Below, in pieces: positions 58,003 through 64,000 of a stretch of 64,000 nucleotides of DNA. Origin of the DNA: Puniceicoccaceae bacterium (lineage in GTDB: Bacteria > Verrucomicrobiota > Verrucomicrobiia > Opitutales > Oceanipulchritudinaceae). A model generated the notes under the pieces. It had not been told where the DNA came from, searched no databases, and saw only the letters and a list, made by a program, of their open reading frames with translations. A program made the translations under genes and the position numbers. The DNA lies in the NCBI GenBank assembly GCA_040830765.1, contig JBFOMH010000007.1:38356-102355 (forward strand), written 5' to 3'. The number at the start of each line of letters is the position of its first letter. Positions within the stretch are counted from its first letter, which is position 1.

Positions 58003-58037
58003 GCATATACGTATGCATCTTTCGTCTGCATTGTCAA
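58001..58037 (-). promoter_or_regulatory. Cassette-internal promoter/operator of vapBC
   Basis: TTGACA on the minus strand (58032-58037); palindrome ATGCATA-N4-TATGCAT (58001-58018) over the start codon. Confidence 0.6.
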
Positions 58038-58048
58038 TACTTTCCACT

Positions 58049-58110
58049 AACGTTGAAGCTGAGCTACGCGTGCGAGCGACAGCGAGCCGCGTTAGCTCCA
58101 GCGATTGGTT
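58049..58110 (-). repeat. attC (subtype B) of a gene-less cassette
   Basis: Near-identical to 57223-57284. Confidence 0.88.
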
Positions 58111-58223
58111 CTGTCCTTAAAATAAACATCCTTCCCCACTCCACTAAACTATTACTTTTACCATCAAGGGGGTAACTCGAACTCTTTCTATTTCCTGGGA
58201 CTTGGTTCACTTTTACTCTACAG

Positions 58224-58284
58224 AACGTTAAAGCTGTGGTGCGACACGAGCGTCAGCGAGTGGCGTTACCACCAGCGATTGGTT
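58224..58284 (-). repeat. attC (main family)
   Basis: 61-bp family repeat; R'' GCACAAC. Confidence 0.9.
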
Positions 58285-58288
58285 GTGC

Positions 58289-58789
58289 TCATCCATATAA
58301 TTCTGGAAAAACTTTGGGGTAGTAAAATACACTTCTATACCATCCTGATATGAAGTAGTGAACAATTATTGATATGATATTGGCCGCGAACGAGAGGATT
58401 AAGCAGTACGGTATCCAGATTCTTTCTTTTCTATCTTCATTCCTCGTCAAGAAATACAAGAGGATTCCTTCAACAGCGATTACGCAAGACTCTCCAAAAC
58501 CAACCAATAACCATAAATTTTCCATTCCTTTTTCATTCCAGGCTATATGATCCAGGTAACTGGAGAGAATCATATAGGTCCCAAGGGTGCAAACGAACCA
58601 TTTCAGAATGAACTTAACTTTCTCTTTTTCTCTTAAAACCAGCGACAGAAAGATTCCCTCTGCAAGGAGGGCGATCGGAGCTGCGAGGAGAAATGCTCCA
58701 ATAGGTTGGGTAAACCATACAACTACTGGGTTTCCATAGCATCCCAGAGGGAGCAGAAGTATCGTACCGGCGAGCAGGTTTCTTTTCAT
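58289..58789 (-). CDS. Hypothetical membrane protein (cassette)
   Basis: Multiple TM segments; bounded by attC sites. Confidence 0.72.
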   Translation of the reverse strand: MKRNLLAGTILLLPLGCYGNPVVVWFTQPIGAFLLAAPIALLAEGIFLSLVLREKEKVKFILKWFVCTLGTYMILSSYLDHIAWNEKGMENLWLLVGFGESCVIAVEGILLYFLTRNEDRKERIWIPYCLILSFAANIISIIVHYFISGWYRSVFYYPKVFPELYG

Positions 58790-58798
58790 TTAATGCAC

Positions 58799-58859
58799 AA
58801 CGTTAAAGCTGTGGTGCGCCCGAAGCGTCAGCGAGTGGCGTCACCACCAGCGATTGGTT
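58799..58859 (-). repeat. attC (main family) of a gene-less cassette
   Basis: 61-bp family repeat; R'' CCCGAAC. Confidence 0.9.
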
Positions 58860-59063
58860 CGGGCATGATAAGTTGGAATTCATTTATATTCTCTCCCCTA
58901 AAATTCCTTAAAACTATTTTAATTTCTCATCCCCCTTTTTTGTGCCTAAAAAGCTAATCTCTAGAACGTTACTTTTTATTCCTCCACCCTTTCCGATACT
59001 GATTCTCTTCCTGCTCCTCATTTTAATTACCATTCCTGGTCTTCTCTAAATTATATTCCCCCG

Positions 59064-59127
59064 AACGTTAAAGCTGTGCTACGGCCTGTGAGCGACAGCG
59101 AACGGCCGTTAGCACCAGCGGGTGGTT
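59064..59127 (-). repeat. attC (variant)
   Basis: GCTGTGCTACGGCC..GGCCGTTAGCACCAGC arms, 64 bp. Confidence 0.88.
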
Positions 59128-59137
59128 GAAATAATTT

Positions 59138-59632
59138 TCAGTCAAACTCATTAGAAAGGCATACCCTCTTCTCCTTTACGAGTTTTCGTAAATCGCCATA
59201 TCTCTGGCTCTCCAAAACTGGAACTAAGTTTATCACCAGAGGAGGCCTATTCTTAACTGTAAATACAATTAATTTCTCTTTCTCTTTATAACCGCTAACT
59301 TCACGCCAGTTTAGGACTCTGGCCCCTAATTTATCCTCTAAAATTATTCCCTTTTCGGAAATCAAAAACACTTTCTCTCTATGGGGACTAATGAATGCCT
59401 TCCAATATATTGACCGAAAGAACAAACTAAATAGAAAAAGTACGGGAAGCACTAAATACGCAGAGATTAAGACGAGCGTGAGTGTTGATGGATAGTGCTG
59501 GTATCCCATATACATAACCCCACAAAACACTGGAAGACTAATTAGGATCAAAATCTCTATGCCGAAGTTTGGGGAAGATCCTTGCAAGTACTTCGGCAGA
59601 GAAATCCTGTAAGGTACTTCTATTTCTTTCAT
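59138..59632 (-). CDS. Two-TM membrane protein with a YcxB-like C-terminus (cassette)
   Basis: Two TM helices, then ISEKGI..LNWREVSGYKE. Confidence 0.65.
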   Translation of the reverse strand: MKEIEVPYRISLPKYLQGSSPNFGIEILILISLPVFCGVMYMGYQHYPSTLTLVLISAYLVLPVLFLFSLFFRSIYWKAFISPHREKVFLISEKGIILEDKLGARVLNWREVSGYKEKEKLIVFTVKNRPPLVINLVPVLESQRYGDLRKLVKEKRVCLSNEFD

Positions 59633-59635
59633 TTC

Positions 59636-59696
59636 AACGTTAAAGCTGTGGTGCGCCCGAAGCGTCAGCGAGGAGCGTCACCACCAGCGATTGGTT
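59636..59696 (-). repeat. attC (main family)
   Basis: 61-bp family repeat. Confidence 0.9.
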
Positions 59697-60105
59697 GGGT
59701 CTCTTCCTTGAATTTATTGCTATGGACTAAAAGCAGTAAAAACGCACTAACTACAATCCAAAGAGAAAACATATATCCCACTTGAAAGACAGTTGGATTC
59801 AATACTTCCACATCCTGCACCGTTAGAGCGTTCTCTTTACCTGCTATTTGTGCCCCCACCATTAGACCAAACACTAAAACTATCATTACCCATACCAATC
59901 CGATTAACCATTTCCTCGCTATCGATTTATAGTTCCACAACCCAAGTGCCAAAGGTAGGGAAGGTATAAACGATAAATCCCAGCGCTGACCTCCAAATAC
60001 CATTAGATTCAAATTTGAAAGGATACTCTCAGCAGTTACGATAAACATAACCAATGCCAAGGACCTTGAGACATCAACATTTTGTTTTGTGAGGAACTGG
60101 TTCAT
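59665..60105 (-). CDS. Hypothetical membrane protein (cassette)
   Basis: Four hydrophobic segments; reads into the attC. Confidence 0.72.
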   Translation of the reverse strand: MNQFLTKQNVDVSRSLALVMFIVTAESILSNLNLMVFGGQRWDLSFIPSLPLALGLWNYKSIARKWLIGLVWVMIVLVFGLMVGAQIAGKENALTVQDVEVLNPTVFQVGYMFSLWIVVSAFLLLLVHSNKFKEETQPIAGGDAPR

Positions 60106-60114
60106 TTTATACCC

Positions 60115-60175
60115 AACGTTAAAGCTGTGGTGCGCCCGAAGCGTCAGCGAGTGGCGTCACCACCAGCGATTGGTT
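60115..60175 (-). repeat. attC (main family)
   Basis: 61-bp family repeat. Confidence 0.9.
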
Positions 60176-60245
60176 AGATATTGTTTTGTATTCCACCAGC
60201 CACATTCGCTTCGAATCATAAACACCTACTTTTCAATTACTATAC

Positions 60246-60578
60246 TCAAACAAAAAACAATATACCGACGACTAAGACCACTATAATGAATAAGGTTAAG
60301 AATACCTTGGCACTAATATCCATTCGCTTCTCTGTTGCCAGGATACTCGGTGTCCTTCTTTCCAAATAATAGGGGTCATCTAATTTTTTGTGCCATGAGT
60401 TAGAAGAAAATCCATCGAATACGGTTGGATAATCGAGATATTGATAAACCTCAGGTCTTTCCTTTTTCAAGGTGCTCAAGAATAGTTTAGCGTTGAAGAC
60501 GTAAACACTAAAAACAGTGACCAAAATGAGGAAGGAACTCACCCCAAAAATCTCAACGCCATCCAAACTACTATTCAT
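60246..60578 (-). CDS. Hypothetical two-TM protein (cassette)
   Basis: N- and C-terminal TM helices; bounded by attC sites. Confidence 0.7.
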   Translation of the reverse strand: MNSSLDGVEIFGVSSFLILVTVFSVYVFNAKLFLSTLKKERPEVYQYLDYPTVFDGFSSNSWHKKLDDPYYLERRTPSILATEKRMDISAKVFLTLFIIVVLVVGILFFV

Positions 60579-60582
60579 ATCT

Positions 60583-60643
60583 AACGTTAAAGCTGTGGTG
60601 CGACACGAGCGTCAGTGAGTGGCGTCACCACCAGCGAATGGTT
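60583..60643 (-). repeat. attC (main family)
   Basis: 61-bp family repeat. Confidence 0.9.
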
Positions 60644-60650
60644 CGAAAAT

Positions 60651-61151
60651 TTACTTGATTGGTCTATATGCATTTTCTGGTTCTATTTTCTTAACCACCG
60701 TCCCCAATCTCATATCAAGCAGAGACTTACCGTATCTATTGAAGAAAATCGTGAGATAATTGCATAGCACGAGAAGCAATAGACCGAATACCAACAATCC
60801 GATTACCATAGATACGGGATTACCATCTTCTCTTAAATTTTTCCCTCTTAACAATGTTCCAGGAATTACAATAAGGGCAAAATATAGGATAATGGGTATA
60901 TTTCTTATTAACCTATTTCTAAATGCCACCATACTATTATCGTCATTGAGGACCCTGAGCTTCATTAACCATTTCCCAGGGCTTTGGTATGTGTAAGTAG
61001 AAACAATAACCGCTGCTACTGTGACTATAGCGATTGAGTATTGGTCTGTAATCGAGAACCAAATGAGTAATTGGATTATAGCCGTAAGCGAAAAGTAGTT
61101 GATGATAAGAGCTGCTGCTCTTCGTCCAACATGTGCTTCAATATATTCCAT
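60651..61151 (-). CDS. RDD family membrane protein (cassette)
   Basis: RRAAALIINY, QSPGKWLMKLRV, LIRN and SLLDMRLGTVV motifs. Confidence 0.8.
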   Translation of the reverse strand: MEYIEAHVGRRAAALIINYFSLTAIIQLLIWFSITDQYSIAIVTVAAVIVSTYTYQSPGKWLMKLRVLNDDNSMVAFRNRLIRNIPIILYFALIVIPGTLLRGKNLREDGNPVSMVIGLLVFGLLLLVLCNYLTIFFNRYGKSLLDMRLGTVVKKIEPENAYRPIK

Positions 61152-61156
61152 ATTCG

Positions 61157-61217
61157 AACGTTAAAGCTGTGGTGCGACACGAGCGTCAGCGAGTGGCGTC
61201 ACCACCAGCGACTGGTT
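61157..61217 (-). repeat. attC (main family)
   Basis: 61-bp family repeat; the gene's TAA stop lies in R''. Confidence 0.9.
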
Positions 61218-61638
61218 ATGCCATTTTATTAATCTCTCCGATAGCGTCGAAATAAATCCAACCATGGTTTCCCTCAAAAAAGTCCTCTGGTAAATCGACA
61301 TAGAAAAAAGTCCCGACACTTCCTTCTTCCTCGAATTCGCTTTTTAATTTTTCCGACATACTGCGATACAAAAATATTATATCAATTTCCACCTCTTCAT
61401 TGTTTTTTGGATTTATTACTTTGAAGCGGGCTCTCGGGCAGACGGAATCTGCCGTTAATGTCCCTTCTTCTCTACCCTCTTCATCAACAATAACTATTTC
61501 ATGAGCATGCCAATGTGCTTTCTCGTAGCCAACCAGGGTTCCGGTCAGTTTAATATACTCTTCTGCAAAAACATTAGATTGCACCACCAACAACAAGAAA
61601 ACTAGAAGGGGATTTCTCACAGTGATACTATTTCGCAT
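61216..61638 (-). CDS. Hypothetical secreted acidic protein (cassette)
   Basis: Signal peptide; the ORF fills the cassette from GTTATG to GCATAAC. Confidence 0.72.
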   Translation of the reverse strand: MRNSITVRNPLLVFLLLVVQSNVFAEEYIKLTGTLVGYEKAHWHAHEIVIVDEEGREEGTLTADSVCPRARFKVINPKNNEEVEIDIIFLYRSMSEKLKSEFEEEGSVGTFFYVDLPEDFFEGNHGWIYFDAIGEINKMA

Positions 61639-61699
61639 AACGTTAAAGCTGTGGTGCGCCCGAAGCGTCAGCGAGTGGCGTCACCACCAGCAATTGGTT
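61639..61699 (-). repeat. attC (main family)
   Basis: 61-bp family repeat. Confidence 0.9.
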
Positions 61700-61703
61700 A
61701 AAT

Positions 61704-62507
61704 CTAAGGTTTCAGAGAAATGCTAGCAGTTGTGGAGTATCCAGATACCCAATCGTCATCATCAGCTCGCAACCGCAACAAAAGATCATTGATTTCTTTC
61801 TCAGAGCCAAAAAAGTCCTTCTTACTCCTGAGCATTTCTATTGCTTCTATCCTGGGCGGTGAATACATTGGATGGCGGATTGGGATTACAGGCGCATATG
61901 TAGCTCCTGTTGCAATCGCTATCAGTTCTCTGTAACTCAATTCACCCATTGCTTCCCAGTCGTACTGTGCAGCAGTGACTTCACTGTCACTAACCAGTCC
62001 TTCACCAATGTTTGAGGCGATAAAGCTTTTCTTAACATACTTATACTTCTCTTTACCTTCAATTTCACCTTCACCCAACTTCCAATAGTAATCCACTGAT
62101 AGAACGTATCTTACCTCCTTTAACTCACCCGCTTTGGCTTTGTAGCCCCAAACTTTTAGGAAATTTCCCGGTGGAAGAGTTACAGATGATCTATATCCTG
62201 TAGCACAACCACTAGCAGGTCGATGAACCCACTGGGCACGGCGCCAGCTCTCGTGCGTATCATTGAAGTGGAGATGTACAATTTGGTGGTTTCCATAAGT
62301 AAGGAGGGTTATTTCCTTCTCTGTGGTGTTGAGCAAGTAGACATCGGCATATCCCATGGAGTCACTTTGATAGTCGGCAAACAATGAAACCTCGTTATCG
62401 GCAACATGAACATGCTTCGGCAATTCCTCAATCGGGAGGACATCAAAGCCAGACACATGAGACGCGATTGCTAAATTAACTATAAAACCAATTAGGTAAC
62501 GGGTCAT
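61704..62507 (-). CDS. Hypothetical secreted protein (cassette)
   Basis: Signal-peptide-like N-terminus; bounded by attC sites. Confidence 0.72.
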   Translation of the reverse strand: MTRYLIGFIVNLAIASHVSGFDVLPIEELPKHVHVADNEVSLFADYQSDSMGYADVYLLNTTEKEITLLTYGNHQIVHLHFNDTHESWRRAQWVHRPASGCATGYRSSVTLPPGNFLKVWGYKAKAGELKEVRYVLSVDYYWKLGEGEIEGKEKYKYVKKSFIASNIGEGLVSDSEVTAAQYDWEAMGELSYRELIAIATGATYAPVIPIRHPMYSPPRIEAIEMLRSKKDFFGSEKEINDLLLRLRADDDDWVSGYSTTASISLKP

Positions 62508-62520
62508 TTCTATATCATTT

Positions 62521-62581
62521 AACGTTAAAGCTGTGGTGCGACACGAGCGTCAGCGAGTGGCGTCACCACCAGCGACTGGTT
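62521..62581 (-). repeat. attC (main family)
   Basis: 61-bp family repeat. Confidence 0.9.
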
Positions 62582-62602
62582 CTACCAAACATTTCTGTCG
62601 CA

Positions 62603-62800
62603 CTATATTCTCCAAATTAACGCCCTCCCCTGCTTTCTATCCCGTTTCAGGTCTATTTCCTTTTCCAATTCCGCCACCCAGGTCGGACAAGGACGCTCAT
62701 AAGGTAATTCCAACGTTTTCTTTATCTCTTTCCAGGTCCTACCTTCAGGGTAATTCGATAACTCTTTTCTTATACTATCCCTGAACTCCCGATACCTCAT
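62603..62800 (-). CDS. Small basic winged-helix-like protein (cassette)
   Basis: 65 aa; PEGRTWKEIKKTL..WVAELEKE..IWRI pattern. Confidence 0.65.
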   Translation of the reverse strand: MRYREFRDSIRKELSNYPEGRTWKEIKKTLELPYERPCPTWVAELEKEIDLKRDRKQGRALIWRI

Positions 62801-62810
62801 TACTCTGTAG

Positions 62811-62871
62811 AACGTTAAAGCTGTGGTGCGGCGCGAGCGTCAGCGAGTGGCGTCACCACCAGCGGGTGGTT
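62811..62871 (-). repeat. attC (main family)
   Basis: 61-bp family repeat. Confidence 0.9.
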
Positions 62872-63433
62872 GGGCCAAGTTCAATTTAATTATCCTGTAG
62901 GATTCATTGACTGATTTCTCAGGAATTACTCCAGATATATATACCGGTGGCGGAAGCATAAGATATACTTTGGAAATTTGCTTCTTAGGTTTTAACACAC
63001 AATTCGTGATTGCATGAATATTTTCCTGAGTGGAAACAAATGGTTCATCTGTATGGATAATTAAAGAAATTTCCTGATATGGCCCGCCTAAGTACTTCTT
63101 ATTATCTTTTCCGGTGGCTATTTCTTCTATCAACTCCACCAACTCATCACTCTCATATTCCTTATAATCTCTAGATCTATCTTGTTCCCATTTTACTACT
63201 GTATCGAAATCAACTAATTCAGTTACTTCAAAACCTACTAAGGTTCCGTCTTCTAATTCTGCTACACAGTCTGGAGGATCTTTTTCAGCAAGTCGAAGAC
63301 GGGAAAACGGAACTTTACCGTCACCAAAGTATGATAAGGAAAAATCATGTACGATACTTACTTCTTTAATTTCCTTGTCTGGCCAATCAAAGAAGGAGGC
63401 ATACTTCCTGAATCGTATTTCAGTTAATTTCAT
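62840..63433 (-). CDS. Hypothetical protein with a PD-(D/E)xK-like nuclease motif (cassette)
   Basis: DPPDCVAELEDGTLVGFEVTELVD; reads into the attC. Confidence 0.6.
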   Translation of the reverse strand: MKLTEIRFRKYASFFDWPDKEIKEVSIVHDFSLSYFGDGKVPFSRLRLAEKDPPDCVAELEDGTLVGFEVTELVDFDTVVKWEQDRSRDYKEYESDELVELIEEIATGKDNKKYLGGPYQEISLIIHTDEPFVSTQENIHAITNCVLKPKKQISKVYLMLPPPVYISGVIPEKSVNESYRIIKLNLAQPPAGGDATR

Positions 63434-63443
63434 AAGACTGCCC

Positions 63444-63504
63444 AACGTTAAAGCTGTGGTGCGCTACGAGCGACAGCGAGTAGCGTCACCACCAGCGACT
63501 GGTT
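63444..63504 (-). repeat. attC (main family)
   Basis: 61-bp family repeat. Confidence 0.9.
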
Positions 63505-63988
63505 GGGCCTCTAAAACTTTGTTCCAAGAATAATAGACTAGCACCAACGACATGCAACCCCCCATAAAAGTTAACCATATCAGCAAGTAGTCCAGTGCTA
63601 CAGTAATCTGCCCCGAAAGACTATTCTGCAACTCTAATGATATGTGGCTAACTAATAATCCGAGGGGTACACCGAGTATCTCACATATCAATACTGATAC
63701 TATTCTGCGCCTAAAGGCTAAAAGCAAAGAATAAGTATACACCAATATTAACCCTGCAATTGACCCAAATAATCCAGAAATCAGTGCTAAAATCAGGATG
63801 ACATATTTGATCCCTGCCGAGGACACAAAAATTGATACCTCTTCCGGATATCGTTCGAGCCAGAAAATAAAAATAATTATTGGGACCAGCGATATCAGTA
63901 ATACTGAAAGACTACCCATTAAACCGAAGGTTTTTCTAAACTTAGGATTGAATAGTGGATAGGCTTTGAAAAAGAAATATATATCCAT
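63464..63988 (-). CDS. Hypothetical four-TM membrane protein (cassette)
   Basis: Hydrophobic ORF; the window ends at GCCCAAC, the edge of the next attC. Confidence 0.72.
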   Translation of the reverse strand: MDIYFFFKAYPLFNPKFRKTFGLMGSLSVLLISLVPIIIFIFWLERYPEEVSIFVSSAGIKYVILILALISGLFGSIAGLILVYTYSLLLAFRRRIVSVLICEILGVPLGLLVSHISLELQNSLSGQITVALDYLLIWLTFMGGCMSLVLVYYSWNKVLEAQPVAGGDATRCRS

Positions 63989-64000
63989 TATCTGCCCAAC

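Larger units (their letters stand above)
49272..64000 (-). mobile_element. Integron gene-cassette array (no integrase in the window; continues beyond the right edge)
   Basis: Palindromic 61-95 bp repeats with AAC/GTT ends and two bulged bases separate single AT-rich minus-strand genes; each intact cassette's start matches its own R'' box. Confidence 0.93.

Noticed and set aside
54303..64000. Regularly recurring ~61-bp repeats as a CRISPR array
   Set aside because: The intervening segments are 100-800+ bp and mostly whole genes, the repeats have attC architecture, and no cas genes are present.
1..64000. Integron integrase, tRNA or rRNA genes
   Set aside because: No tyrosine recombinase motifs in any listed ORF, and no RNA gene recognised by eye (no covariance search was run).

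Overview
GC-rich bacterial chromosomal DNA, probably Verrucomicrobiota/Opitutales (inferred from the PVM-type microcompartment locus and Trp-rich C-terminal domains; not verified). Left to right: (1) the 3' part of a large repeat-rich surface protein; (2) two divergent CbcL-like multiheme cytochrome c/cytochrome b genes (13 and 11 CxxCH); (3) a three-hairpin REP/REPIN-like cluster, a TIM-barrel/Gfo-Idh-MocA fusion, a ThuA protein and a Phd-VapC pair; (4) a PVM-type bacterial microcompartment locus for fucose/rhamnose catabolism with DeoR and LutABC; (5) an IS200/RAYT-like Y1 transposase embedded in the same repeat family; (6) rhaA, rhaM, fucI, two AraC regulators, a transporter and a dual esterase; (7) about 13 kb of short, mostly minus-strand cassette-like genes with no recognisable attC; (8) from about 49 kb to the window end, an AT-rich integron cassette array on the minus strand. 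The array has 18 intact attC sites, 6 decayed ones and a 19th starting at the edge; no integrase lies in the window. Its unusual features are an attC decay gradient, attC-encoded C-terminal peptide tails, gene-less micro-ORF cassettes, attC sites with inserted CGNAG hairpins and one cassette with a compensated GGT/ACC core.
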